A stretch of DNA of 64,000 nt from the IMG/VR virus record IMGVR_UViG_3300030330_005139; one strand, given 5' to 3'. The translations under genes and the position numbers were made by a program. Source of the DNA: a virus (lineage: Duplodnaviria > Caudoviricetes). The notes under the pieces are model-generated. The model was not told the origin of the DNA. It saw nothing but the letters and a program-made list of their open reading frames with translations, and made no database searches. This document shows, piece by piece, positions 11,401 through 19,941 of this stretch. The first letter of the stretch is position 1; every line of letters begins with the position of its first letter.

Positions 11401-11619
11401 CTGGAGATTCTGAGTGAACTGAATGGTGTTAAGTTTGAGTGGAAAGAGAATGGTCTTCCTTCAGCAGGTGTCATTGCTCAGGATGTTGAGAAAGTTCTCC
11501 CAGAACTTGTCCATGAAGTTAACGAAGTCAAGAGAGTGAATTATGATGGACTTATCGGAGTCCTCATTGAATCAGTGAAGACTCTCACAAAGAGAGTTGA
11601 AGAACTTGAGAATAAATAA
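8467..11619 (+). CDS. tail fibre with C-terminal intramolecular chaperone (peptidase S74-like)
   Basis: 1050 aa; TGNV/TGDL repeats; SDERIKKNI..GVIAQDVEKVLPELV..VNY chaperone signature. Confidence 0.85.
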   Translation: MAEKSFVVRKGLEVAETLIFTNDEINSVGIASTQPGGKLTVSGTIEGDGIRLVGFSTAERGLNIGVGGTVLSVETNTQKIGVNEASPSFPLEVKDPAGIGGTTLFVHGNIGVSTDLIVDETATIQRDLTVNRHCLVSAAGITTLASETKITGAISAHINATSSLAVGSTASFGGAVAFASSIGGPEAHIDDLTVRRNLHVNATGFSTIASDLSVTGNVTTHLGVTSSLSIGSTSDFTGAVAFASSIGGPEAHIDDLTVRRNLFVSSAGVGTIAADIAITGSVTEHLGVTSSLSIGSTSDFTGAISCASSMTAVTFFGDGNGLTNINPSEVNLDGTDQRLDDLDVAGVGTVATLDVTGVSTFTGDAHFEAQIGVGTADPKTGSLLHLYATAPEIFFEESDALADNRIWSQKVDGEELLFAAGTDALGFGTTRFKMTRTLNSIDTFEAEKDGETWLLVDNRDKRVGFETADPKVSLHVVGDAQVSGFCSATNFFGDGSALTNISASEVDLDGTYQDFQGLTVAGVTTLTEGLRSVGFTTFLQKVHILDNVQLQIGGATEGATGDMRLYHDTTNSFIDDNGTGNLQLRTILGTGIDMIGGGSTEYLSRFIKDGAVELYYDGSKKLETLEDGIDVTGNVGGDTLNISGVGTISGGLTGNVTGNVTGDLTGTATNATKVNIEGLDATGNRAILFQGASGNAATTEGRVALASTTNYPRIQPSTGKITAAGGVVANLTGNVTGNLTGNVTGSVTGNVTGVSTGSDAVKLTTASDGTTRQILFVSGSNTEYDAVEIDSESSELTYVPSTNTFSVSNIVGDLTGNVTGNADTATLAATSTIVAGTTASSFVNFTDGGTGAQALKSDTSLRYTPTSQTLTTGTVNAALTGNVTGNVTGNLTGDVTGDVTGNADTATTATSSTNIRVDSDSTNADRIIVFADSTGTSKRAKADTNLTYNPSTNTLTAGTYDTSSDERIKKNINPIDDALEILSELNGVKFEWKENGLPSAGVIAQDVEKVLPELVHEVNEVKRVNYDGLIGVLIESVKTLTKRVEELENK
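8842..9417 (+). repeat. three 192-bp (64 aa) tandem coding repeats
   Basis: DLTV(R/N)R..TSSLS(I/V)GST units start at 8842, 9034 and 9226. Confidence 0.85.
11612..11618 (+). promoter_or_regulatory. T4-type late promoter
   Basis: ATAAATA upstream of the collar-protein trio. Confidence 0.6.
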
Positions 11620-11638
11620 GAGGAGGAGTTGATTTCTT

Positions 11639-12595
11639 ATGGCTGACAAGTATCAAGCGGGGGGATCGCTCCTTGCCGATAGTGAAGAGTTTCTAACAGG
11701 TAAAGATGGTACCTTCAGTGGAACGGTAAGTGCATCCGATTTCCATCTAACTGGAGGTATCCAGGCTGGATTGCCTTATCCAACTGGTACAGTTTTGTGG
11801 TGGCCAGCATCCTCAGCACCAACTGGTTGGAGGAAATGTAATGGTGATGCAATCAGCAGAACAACTTATTCTGATTTATTTGCACTCATTGGAACAACAT
11901 ATGGTTCTGGTAATGGTTCAACAACCTTCAACATTCCTACGATTAATGATGACCGTTTTATTCGGGGTTGGGGTAGTTCTGGTGGTCTTGATCCAGGGAG
12001 AACTTTTGGATCATCACAAAATAGTGACATAGGAAATCATAGTCACACATCAAACTCTGCCAATGCCCCACACACTCACACGGTGAACTCCAACGCCAAC
12101 CAGATGGGTCACAACCATCAGTTCGTGATTTCGGCAGCCAATATGCCACACCAACACAATGCCAACACTGGTGGTGCAAACGCTCCTCACAAACACGGCG
12201 GTAACGCGTCCGGCAATAACAATCACACCCACCCAATACGCAGAAGAGAAAACCGTTCGAACCCGGGCAATAACTATTCTGGACACTGGAACACCAACTC
12301 CCCGGCTGATAACGGCATGATGAGGCCTGCAGGAGGTCACAGCCACAATGTTGGTTTTGCAAATGCACAGGTTCCCCACAGTCATCCAGCCAACGTTGGT
12401 GCTGCCAATGCTCCTCACACTCACCCGACAGCTGTCGGGTCATCAAATGCTCCACACAATCATGGAACTAAGACCACTGCTGAAGCGAGTAATGTCTCAC
12501 ATACACACGCATTTGATGGTGGTGATGGTGGAGATAGTCCAGGGAACATAGTTAGGCCAGCTGCCTTCTCAATGATGGCTATTATCAAATTATAA
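11639..12595 (+). CDS. tail collar domain fibre protein with HxH repeats (paralogue 1)
   Basis: PTGW..CNG.AISRTTYSDLFA.IGTTYG.G.GSTTFN.P collar motif; 11 HxH motifs. Confidence 0.85.
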   Translation: MADKYQAGGSLLADSEEFLTGKDGTFSGTVSASDFHLTGGIQAGLPYPTGTVLWWPASSAPTGWRKCNGDAISRTTYSDLFALIGTTYGSGNGSTTFNIPTINDDRFIRGWGSSGGLDPGRTFGSSQNSDIGNHSHTSNSANAPHTHTVNSNANQMGHNHQFVISAANMPHQHNANTGGANAPHKHGGNASGNNNHTHPIRRRENRSNPGNNYSGHWNTNSPADNGMMRPAGGHSHNVGFANAQVPHSHPANVGAANAPHTHPTAVGSSNAPHNHGTKTTAEASNVSHTHAFDGGDGGDSPGNIVRPAAFSMMAIIKL

Positions 12596-12607
12596 GGAGG
12601 AATAAGA

Positions 12608-13513
12608 ATGCCATATAAAATAACAGGATCAGAAGTCGTTCAAGACGATCTTGACATATCTGGGAGAAATGCTACCTTTGTTGGTGTCGCAACTGCCGCG
12701 GCATTTGATGGTTTAAACGTAGCACCTACTGGTTCTATAGTTTGGTTCGCAGCTAATACAGCACCAACTGGTTGGCTTGCACTTGATGGTTCCAACGTCA
12801 GCAGAACAACTTATTCTAGATTATTCGCCATTTTTGGAACATCATTTGGTTCTGGTAATGGTTCAACAACCTTCGGGTTGCCTGACATGAGAGGTCGGTT
12901 CTTCAAACACCAAACGACCGGCAACGCGTTGACGAAGACAGGTGGAATTCCTCCACACAATCATTCACTTTCTGCCGCTAATGCAAAACACGAGCACCCT
13001 GGATCTAATTTCTCTAGCGTCAATGCACCACACGCTCATCCAGCCAACACTGGTAGTCACAACACTCCTCATTCTCATCCAGGAAATGCTGGTGGTGTAA
13101 ACGCTCCTCACGGTCATAACACAAACACAAATAATACAGGAGGTCACCACCATGAATTTACAGGAGCTGATGATATCGAAATTGACAACACTAGCTCCAG
13201 AGACAAATTTGTAAACGGCCCGGGTCCTCAGTCGCAAAATGCGAACACCTTCCCAGGTGGAGCTCATAGTCACCCCACAGTTAATTGCAACACTGTCAAT
13301 GCCCCACACAGCCATGCTGCGAACACCAGCAATAATCAGGTTCCCCATAATCACAGCTCGTCTATGACGAACACCAATGTTCCTCACACTCACCCAGCTA
13401 ACTTAAATACTGTTAACGCTCCACATAATCACGGTGCTGGTTCTCACACTGGCGGCGCCAGCAGTTATGTCAGACCCAAAAACATCGCTCTTCTTCCCAT
13501 CGTTAAGACCTGA
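12608..13513 (+). CDS. tail collar domain fibre protein with HxH repeats (paralogue 2)
   Basis: Collar motif, PDMRGRF, 11 HxH motifs, RPKNIALLPIVK C-terminus. Confidence 0.85.
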   Translation: MPYKITGSEVVQDDLDISGRNATFVGVATAAAFDGLNVAPTGSIVWFAANTAPTGWLALDGSNVSRTTYSRLFAIFGTSFGSGNGSTTFGLPDMRGRFFKHQTTGNALTKTGGIPPHNHSLSAANAKHEHPGSNFSSVNAPHAHPANTGSHNTPHSHPGNAGGVNAPHGHNTNTNNTGGHHHEFTGADDIEIDNTSSRDKFVNGPGPQSQNANTFPGGAHSHPTVNCNTVNAPHSHAANTSNNQVPHNHSSSMTNTNVPHTHPANLNTVNAPHNHGAGSHTGGASSYVRPKNIALLPIVKT

Positions 13514-13515
13514 TC

Positions 13516-14460
13516 ATGTCATTCAAAGTAGATTCTTCAACAATCATTGATAACAATCAAGATTATACATTCCAGGGAGGAACTTTCACAGGAACCTTAA
13601 CTTCCAATGGTGGGTTTAACTGGGGAGATGTTCCTGTTGGACTTATGCACTGGTGGGTTAAAAGTAACGTATCAGATCTCCCATCTAATTGGCTTCATTG
13701 TAATGGACAGGCAATCAGCAGAACAACTTATTCTGATTTATTTGCAGTCATTGGAACAACATATGGTTCTGGTAATGGTTCAACAACCTTCAACCTCCCT
13801 GACACCAGAAATCACTACATTATGGGTGATGTGTCTGGATCTGTTGGTGCTGGTCCACATGCACCAAAAATCTCTAACCACTCTCACCCCAGTAACACAT
13901 TAGGCCAAGCAGTAAACATTCCTCATACTCACACAGCGACTTCTGGTGGTGCGAACTCTCCACACACTCACAGCGCCAATACCTCTAACGCTTCCAATGC
14001 CCCACACACTCACAACGCGGCGACTAGTGCAGCCAACATGCCACACAGCCATAATGGCAGCACTGGCAACAATGGAAGTCACACTCATGCAGCCGGTACT
14101 GTTCCAACATCCGAAGTCGAAGCTTCGCCAGCTGGTAATCAAAATTATGCAGCCAAAAACGTAAGCCAACTCATTCCCGAGGGAACACGGCCTGCAGGAG
14201 GACACTCTCACCCCGTTGCTGGAACTGGAGCCAATGCTCCACATGGTCACATCTTGCCATGGTCTGGGAACGCACCTCATGGTCACACCGCCAACATCAA
14301 TCAATCAAACGCTCCACATAGTCACAGCTTATCGGTGAGTGACGCTAATGCTCCACATGTTCACAATACTGATGTAACAAATAACAACCCAGTTTCAGCC
14401 TCCAACAGTGGTGTGGAGTTGCATAGTTATCTCATGAGACTTATCATCAAGGTTACATAA
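13516..14460 (+). CDS. tail collar domain fibre protein with HxH repeats (paralogue 3)
   Basis: Collar motif and 11 HxH motifs. Confidence 0.85.
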   Translation: MSFKVDSSTIIDNNQDYTFQGGTFTGTLTSNGGFNWGDVPVGLMHWWVKSNVSDLPSNWLHCNGQAISRTTYSDLFAVIGTTYGSGNGSTTFNLPDTRNHYIMGDVSGSVGAGPHAPKISNHSHPSNTLGQAVNIPHTHTATSGGANSPHTHSANTSNASNAPHTHNAATSAANMPHSHNGSTGNNGSHTHAAGTVPTSEVEASPAGNQNYAAKNVSQLIPEGTRPAGGHSHPVAGTGANAPHGHILPWSGNAPHGHTANINQSNAPHSHSLSVSDANAPHVHNTDVTNNNPVSASNSGVELHSYLMRLIIKVT

Positions 14461-14502
14461 ACCACAATTTCAGTTATAATGTCAAAATATTGATTATCCA
14501 AA

Positions 14503-15621
14503 ATGAGATCTAAATTATTTTCCATCCTTGGTAACTCATATAAAGTTATACCGAATTATATCTCAAAGAAAGAAGCAATCAGACTTGGGAAGAAATTTGA
14601 GAAGGAAACTCGCGAAAAGAATTTACCAGGTGAGGCTGGAAACCTTGTGGGAGAAAACCACAACGACGAATACATGAATCCAGATCATGTTGCTCTTCTT
14701 TCTGAGAAGACCAAGTTCCTAAACAAGTTGTTTGGGACAAAGGTTGTTCCAAGTTATTGTTATTCTCGTGTTTACAGATCGGGAACTCATCTCGGAAGAC
14801 ACAAAGACAGGCCTGCCTGTGAAGTATCTCTGAGTGTTCATCTCTATGGAACAAAAGAGTGGGCATTTGGTATTGTCGATAAAGATGGAAAAGACATTGA
14901 AGTTGTTCTTCAACCTGGTGATGCCATCATCTATGATGCACCTTATGCGGAACACTGGAGACCACCATTTCCAGGAAATGATGATGATGTTTATGTTCAA
15001 ACATTTCAACATTATGTCTTTTTGAATGGAAAGTTTGAGAATGAGATCTTTGACAAGAAGAACTCAGTAACGAGTGTTGGTATTTCTAATGACCTAAAGT
15101 CTCAGATTTTTCTCTCTAAGGGTGTCTTTACAAAGAAAGAATGTAAAGAGATCATTAAAAGGGCAATCAAAGTGGATGATTGGGAACCACAACAAACTGT
15201 GGGAAAACATGAAGGTGTCAGGGTTTGTGAAGGATGGTTTATTCCAAAAATAGAAGAGATTGACTCCTTAATACACAGTAAGGTTGGTGAGATTCTAAGA
15301 AAATCGGAGATCTATTATACTGAACTTGGAGGAAGTCCCCAAATTAATGAGGATCATGGTTATACAGTTTTGAAGTACATACCTGGTGGAAAGTATGATC
15401 AGCATATTGATCAGGGCCCAACTAACAACAGAGTTCTCACAATGATTATTGCTCTCAATGATGATTATGAGGGTGGTGAGGTTGAATTCTGGGACGGAAA
15501 ATATAAGTTAAGATTAAATAAGGGAGATGTTTTAGTTTTCCCCTCCAATTTCATGTTCCCCCATGCAATTGTTCCGATCAAATCAGGGGAAAGATATTCT
15601 ATTGTTACTTGGATCACTTGA
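14503..15621 (+). CDS. tandem two-domain 2OG-Fe(II) oxygenase
   Basis: HKDRPACE..HWR and HID..HAI..RYSIVTW motif sets. Confidence 0.85.
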   Translation: MRSKLFSILGNSYKVIPNYISKKEAIRLGKKFEKETREKNLPGEAGNLVGENHNDEYMNPDHVALLSEKTKFLNKLFGTKVVPSYCYSRVYRSGTHLGRHKDRPACEVSLSVHLYGTKEWAFGIVDKDGKDIEVVLQPGDAIIYDAPYAEHWRPPFPGNDDDVYVQTFQHYVFLNGKFENEIFDKKNSVTSVGISNDLKSQIFLSKGVFTKKECKEIIKRAIKVDDWEPQQTVGKHEGVRVCEGWFIPKIEEIDSLIHSKVGEILRKSEIYYTELGGSPQINEDHGYTVLKYIPGGKYDQHIDQGPTNNRVLTMIIALNDDYEGGEVEFWDGKYKLRLNKGDVLVFPSNFMFPHAIVPIKSGERYSIVTWIT

Positions 15622-15622
15622 T

Positions 15623-16288
15623 ATGAATTACGAACTTGAATTAATTGAAGAGATGAGGAAGGCTCACTCCAATGATGATTTTATAAGAGAATTTAAAGGA
15701 AACTTATCACCCAAAGTTTGTAAACAATTAATTGATCTGTTTGAGAAAGAGACATATCTCACTACTCCTGGACAAACTGGAGCTGGACTGGACACTACGA
15801 TCAAAGATAGTCTAGATCTAATGATAGGTTACGCAGTAGTAGAGTCCAAAAAAGAAAAAAGAAGAAAGAAGTGGGCGAAGTTGGATTCAATTCTCTGCGA
15901 TGCCTTGAGTAAAGGAGTTAAGGAATATTACAACGAATTTAAGGTTTTTGATGAAAAGTATCCACATGAGTGGACGGCATTTAACCATCCTGCACTTGTT
16001 GACACTGGATATCAAATTCAAAAGACGACTCCAAAATCTGGTGGATACGTTCCACACCATGATTCAAGGTCAGAATTCATAGAAGATCGCCCTCAGACAA
16101 GACAGCTGACATTCATCTGGTATCTAAACGATGTTGATGGTGGACCAACTGGGTTCATCACAGGGAAAGACATTCAACCAGAGGAAGGAAAGTTGGTTCT
16201 CTTCCCAGCAACATGGAACATGGTTCACTGGGGTGTTCCACCCAACACGGGAAACAAATATATTGTTACAGGTTGGTTGTATGATTGA
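15623..16288 (+). CDS. 2OG-Fe(II) oxygenase (prolyl-hydroxylase-like)
   Basis: HHD..WYLND..FPA.W..HWG..KYIVTGW; start re-called to ATG 15623. Confidence 0.85.
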   Translation: MNYELELIEEMRKAHSNDDFIREFKGNLSPKVCKQLIDLFEKETYLTTPGQTGAGLDTTIKDSLDLMIGYAVVESKKEKRRKKWAKLDSILCDALSKGVKEYYNEFKVFDEKYPHEWTAFNHPALVDTGYQIQKTTPKSGGYVPHHDSRSEFIEDRPQTRQLTFIWYLNDVDGGPTGFITGKDIQPEEGKLVLFPATWNMVHWGVPPNTGNKYIVTGWLYD

Positions 16289-16313
16289 CAACCTGGAGAG
16301 AGACCTGTAAGAT
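16285..16313 (+). promoter_or_regulatory. sigma70-like promoter
   Basis: TTGACA-17-TAAGAT. Confidence 0.7.
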
Positions 16314-16332
16314 ATCAGTGTTGCACCTTCTT

Positions 16333-16434
16333 ATGACCGCTTCCGACAAGTTAATTTTTGTGTCATCCTTCTTCATTCTCATGAATTGGGGTGTTAGGGT
16401 AACTCAAGCTCTGATCAACCATGCTCTTAACTGA
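16333..16434 (+). CDS. small hydrophobic protein (33 aa)
   Basis: MTASDKLIFVSSFFILMNWGVRVTQALINHALN directly after the promoter; below ORF-track cutoff. Confidence 0.55.
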   Translation: MTASDKLIFVSSFFILMNWGVRVTQALINHALN

Positions 16435-16834
16435 AATCACTGGTCACAACTCAAGAAAGAAACTCTGTAGGAGTGTTATTCAGTGGTTTGACGCTAAGTA
16501 TCTAAAGGATTACACAATCGACCTCACAGTCCATCACAGAGGTCTCAAAAGAGAGGGTGTCTTTGGTTGGTGTACTCCTGAGACTGATGACATTGACCCT
16601 CGTGAATTTCTCGTTGAAGTTCACAACAGACTGGACGTGGACGCTTATGTGAAGATTCTTCTTCATGAACTTTGGCATGTCTATCAACATGTCCGAGGTG
16701 ATCTTGTCGATTATCCAGAGAAGAGATGTTGGAAAGGCATCGACCACACTGATACAAATTATGAAGATCAACCCTGGGAAAAGGAAGCAGTTGAAATGGA
16801 GGATGAACTCTATGAAGGATACTTAGAGTCATGA
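16421..16834 (+). CDS. zincin-like metallopeptidase domain protein
   Basis: HELWH motif and downstream PWE.EA. Confidence 0.75.
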   Translation: MLLTEITGHNSRKKLCRSVIQWFDAKYLKDYTIDLTVHHRGLKREGVFGWCTPETDDIDPREFLVEVHNRLDVDAYVKILLHELWHVYQHVRGDLVDYPEKRCWKGIDHTDTNYEDQPWEKEAVEMEDELYEGYLES

Positions 16835-17052
16835 ACATCAGCATCTACAGTTACTACACAACAATTCTAATCTTCATGGTTGTTGTATACGTGATCTCAC
16901 AAGATCAACTCCTTTCAGCAAGAATTGACCTCAACTTCAGAGCTTTCATGTTAAACTTACGGAAGTTGTGGCTTATGATTAAACTTCACCCACGAAATTT
17001 CATCACTAACTGGCAATTCGAACGTAAGTACAGAAACAGGAACAAGAAATGA
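16831..17052 (+). CDS. hypothetical membrane protein
   Basis: ATGA coupling; N-terminal hydrophobic stretch. Confidence 0.65.
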   Translation: MNISIYSYYTTILIFMVVVYVISQDQLLSARIDLNFRAFMLNLRKLWLMIKLHPRNFITNWQFERKYRNRNKK

Positions 17053-17375
17053 ACTACAACAAAGTTTGGGAAAAGATGAACCATCTTGAGGAATCTTTCA
17101 GTTCCATCTCCACAATCAAAGAACTTGTTGATGACGTTGATCGAATGATTGATTGTGAGGATCTTGAGAAGGCAAAGGAATCAGCAACAGTTCTGAAAGG
17201 TTATCTTGACATCTTCACTCGTAAGTGGGACAAAGCATTCCGAAGTGCTTGGAATGATGTTGTCATCCCTTGTAAAATTGAGGATCTCCACAGTTACTCT
17301 GAGCTCAATTACTCTGAGATCGCAGATGCTCTTGAAGAAGAAAAGCGACTGGATGAGACCTGTGGCACTCTCTGA
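17049..17375 (+). CDS. hypothetical protein
   Basis: 108 aa, ATGA coupling. Confidence 0.7.
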   Translation: MNYNKVWEKMNHLEESFSSISTIKELVDDVDRMIDCEDLEKAKESATVLKGYLDIFTRKWDKAFRSAWNDVVIPCKIEDLHSYSELNYSEIADALEEEKRLDETCGTL

Positions 17376-17535
17376 GCAACAGTGGAAGCAAATGAAGATT
17401 CTTCTCAGAATGAAAAGGAAGATGCCTCACATCTTTGATGAATCTGCATCAATGCGTTGGAATCAACTTAAGGGGTTGGCAACCCAAGATAAAAGGGTTA
17501 ATCTAGGTTCTGTAGCACCTCCGCACAATAAATAA
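17353..17535 (+). CDS. hypothetical protein
   Basis: ATG 17353 within the track ORF 17206-17535. Confidence 0.45.
   Translation: MRPVALSEQQWKQMKILLRMKRKMPHIFDESASMRWNQLKGLATQDKRVNLGSVAPPHNK
17528..17534 (+). promoter_or_regulatory. T4-type late promoter
   Basis: ATAAATA upstream of the CP12-like gene. Confidence 0.55.
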
Positions 17536-17577
17536 ACTCTGTGGAGGAAACAACTATTGTTTTTCAAGGTCAAAACA

Positions 17578-17781
17578 ATGTCCAAAGAAAAAGATCCAAA
17601 CGACAAGTATTCAGAGTACGACTTCGGTCTTCACTGTAAAGAAGAACACAAGGAAGATGAGTGGGACTCTGAGCACGACGGCAAAATTGCTGATTGGCAT
17701 GAGCGTCATCGAGATCAACTCTTAGATGACTTCTGTGATACACATCCAGGTTCTCCGATGTGTAAGGTCTTTGACGTTTGA
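17578..17781 (+). CDS. CP12-like protein
   Basis: Acidic; ends FCDTHPGSPMCKVFDV, matching the CP12 C-terminal C-x8-C motif. Confidence 0.65.
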   Translation: MSKEKDPNDKYSEYDFGLHCKEEHKEDEWDSEHDGKIADWHERHRDQLLDDFCDTHPGSPMCKVFDV

Positions 17782-17783
17782 TT

Positions 17784-17936
17784 ATGAGAGTCGAACAGAT
17801 GTTGATGGATCTCCAAACACACATAAAGTATTTGGAGACCACGATCGAAAAACAGAAAAACGAGATTGAAAAGTTGCAACAACTTATTCAATTCATACAA
17901 GACGCTTCACCTCCTTCAAAAAAGTTTGATCTCTGA
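17784..17936 (+). CDS. small coiled-coil protein (50 aa)
   Basis: MRVEQMLMDLQTHIKYLETTIEKQKNEIEKLQQL fills the gap between genes. Confidence 0.6.
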   Translation: MRVEQMLMDLQTHIKYLETTIEKQKNEIEKLQQLIQFIQDASPPSKKFDL

Positions 17937-17951
17937 GTTGATTTAAACAAA

Positions 17952-18140
17952 ATGACCGACAAAGAAAAAGCGGCACTCAATCTCATGATTGAAAGTGTAC
18001 TCAAACCTGATGCAAAGTTGAGAGGTTGTGCATATAACCAAGGTTGTTATGAAGAATTGATGCTCTGGCGTGGAAGAATCCTGGAGCAACTTTATAGTTA
18101 TGAAAAAGGTGATTCGAATGAAGTTCCGTCTGAAGTATGA
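17952..18140 (+). CDS. hypothetical protein
   Basis: 62 aa ORF in a packed operon. Confidence 0.7.
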   Translation: MTDKEKAALNLMIESVLKPDAKLRGCAYNQGCYEELMLWRGRILEQLYSYEKGDSNEVPSEV

Positions 18141-18270
18141 CAAGCCCAAGAAGAAGGGTCGGTGGTCGCGCCAAGAAGCAACGTTTTATGACATGAACGA
18201 CCTTCTCTGGTATAAAGACATTATACTGGAGTCTGGTTGTAAAAACTACACGATTACACCTGTTGATTGA
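18118..18270 (+). CDS. hypothetical protein
   Basis: ATG 18118, MKFRLKYDKPKKKG.. Confidence 0.6.
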   Translation: MKFRLKYDKPKKKGRWSRQEATFYDMNDLLWYKDIILESGCKNYTITPVD

Positions 18271-18272
18271 TT

Positions 18273-18566
18273 ATGGAACTCTTCTTCCATCGTGCCCCAG
18301 ATGGTTACGAATACGTTATTGACGACTTCAACAATACAACCAAACGAATCTGGATTCTCAATCGATCCAGAGAATTTATCTATCGTGAGGGTGCTGGACC
18401 TCCACGATCTGTTTGGGGTTTCTACAAACCAAAATCAAAGAAGTTTTACTCACCAATCAACCACAAAAAGGTTGGTAAAGAAGTTGACTTGAAAGAAACA
18501 TCTCCTTATTCTGCAATGCCACTCAACCTAAACCCACTAGAATCAATTCTCTATGGAAACTCGTAA
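18273..18566 (+). CDS. hypothetical phage protein
   Basis: SVWGF..SPIN..KVGK..PYSAMPLNLNPLE. Confidence 0.75.
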   Translation: MELFFHRAPDGYEYVIDDFNNTTKRIWILNRSREFIYREGAGPPRSVWGFYKPKSKKFYSPINHKKVGKEVDLKETSPYSAMPLNLNPLESILYGNS

Positions 18567-18825
18567 AGAGAAGATGCAGTTTGAATATGAAACTCCGAGA
18601 GTTGATGATTATGTGAGGTGGACCACATCAACTGGAATGGTTCATGAAGGATGGGTTTACTTTGCTGGTGATGAATACATTACAATTGAACTTGGGGTAA
18701 AGGATAAACCCAATTGCGAATACACGGTGAATGAGAAGCACAAAAAGATTCACAACTTACTCGTATGTCAAAACTGGTACTGGTCTGAGTTAGAATACAT
18801 CAAGACCAGAAAGGCTAGTAAATAG
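18553..18825 (+). CDS. hypothetical phage protein
   Basis: VDDYVRW..EGWVYF..YITIE. Confidence 0.75.
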   Translation: METRKEKMQFEYETPRVDDYVRWTTSTGMVHEGWVYFAGDEYITIELGVKDKPNCEYTVNEKHKKIHNLLVCQNWYWSELEYIKTRKASK

Positions 18826-18848
18826 ACACATTAACTTATGAGACTTAA

Positions 18849-19544
18849 ATGAAACGAACTTTATTTACTCTGGCACTTTTGTTGTCAGGAATGATTCCTG
18901 TGGGAGCCACACAATACACTGATGAAGTTGACTTCTCAACAAATCCCATCAGTGAAGTTGATTACAACTCAAACCATTCGATGGGTTGCATGTTACTTCA
19001 GGAATGTACTGCTGGAGTTGTCGAGATCACCTCATCGCAGGACCTGAAAGATTATTATGGTGAGTATTCCGAACTTCCATCAGAGTTTGAGAGCCTCCTG
19101 GAAGTTTTTGACGAGATTGGAATCAAAGTTTTCATTGCACCTGAGGAATACTTTGTTCAGAACACTCGTGGTGTTTATCACACCGTTTCGAACAATTTCT
19201 TTCTTAATGCAAAATACATGCAACATAAACATCATCTGATGTCTGTTGTTCGTCATGAAGGTTGGCATGCAGCACAGGATTGTATGGCTGGAAGCATCAA
19301 TAACTCATACATCGCTGTGATCCGCAATGACGATGACATTCCTCAGCTTTGGAAAGACATGGCTGAAGAACTTTATCCCCCAAGTGCTGTTCCCTGGGAG
19401 CAAGAGGCGGGATGGGCAGGAAGAACTGAGGGCATGACCCTTGAGGCACTCCGTGCGTGTGCTTCACCGACACCCATGTGGGAAATCTTGGAACCCACAC
19501 CACTGACGCGTCAGTTCCTGGTCGATAAGGGTTTCATCAAATGA
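18849..19544 (+). CDS. signal-peptide zincin-like metallopeptidase
   Basis: N-terminal signal-like segment; RHEGWHAAQDC; WEQEA. Confidence 0.75.
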   Translation: MKRTLFTLALLLSGMIPVGATQYTDEVDFSTNPISEVDYNSNHSMGCMLLQECTAGVVEITSSQDLKDYYGEYSELPSEFESLLEVFDEIGIKVFIAPEEYFVQNTRGVYHTVSNNFFLNAKYMQHKHHLMSVVRHEGWHAAQDCMAGSINNSYIAVIRNDDDIPQLWKDMAEELYPPSAVPWEQEAGWAGRTEGMTLEALRACASPTPMWEILEPTPLTRQFLVDKGFIK

Positions 19545-19653
19545 CAACAATTTACGTCTTATTCTTGACACTGGGTCTCTGTGGTGTAATGCATGTTACT
19601 ATTCCTGGGAGATATCGATAAGAAAAGTCAAGTCTTAAGAATAAATAAAACAC

Positions 19654-19682
19654 TTGACAGATCCCACCTGTCGGTGTAAACT
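19654..19682 (+). promoter_or_regulatory. sigma70-like promoter
   Basis: TTGACA-17-TAAACT. Confidence 0.7.
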
Positions 19683-19707
19683 TAATTCACATTCACCAGT
19701 CAGAACG

Positions 19708-19878
19708 ATGCAACTTTCTTCTTTGCCGGGTCAGAAAACGAAATATCGCATCACTCTTGAACTTGATGTTTTTGAAGACTTCTCACCCAATGATATTGAT
19801 TGGGAGAAAGTCCTTGACATTCAAGGAGATGAATCGATTAAATCTTATGTTGAAGATCTCTCGGTGGATGTTTGGTAA
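19708..19878 (+). CDS. hypothetical protein
   Basis: ATG 19708 downstream of promoter and followed by terminator. Confidence 0.7.
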   Translation: MQLSSLPGQKTKYRITLELDVFEDFSPNDIDWEKVLDIQGDESIKSYVEDLSVDVW

Positions 19879-19883
19879 TTGTT

Positions 19884-19910
19884 AAGACACCTTACAAAGG
19901 TGTCTTTTTT
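19884..19910 (+). terminator. intrinsic terminator
   Basis: AAGACACCTT-ACA-AAGGTGTCTT followed by T run. Confidence 0.8.
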
Positions 19911-19941
19911 ATGCTAAAATACTATTACTTGAGTCAGTAAA

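Noticed and set aside
11639-14460. Diversity-generating retroelement acting on the fibres
   Set aside because: No reverse transcriptase in the window; the duplicated patch is in the conserved collar and does not show adenine-specific differences.
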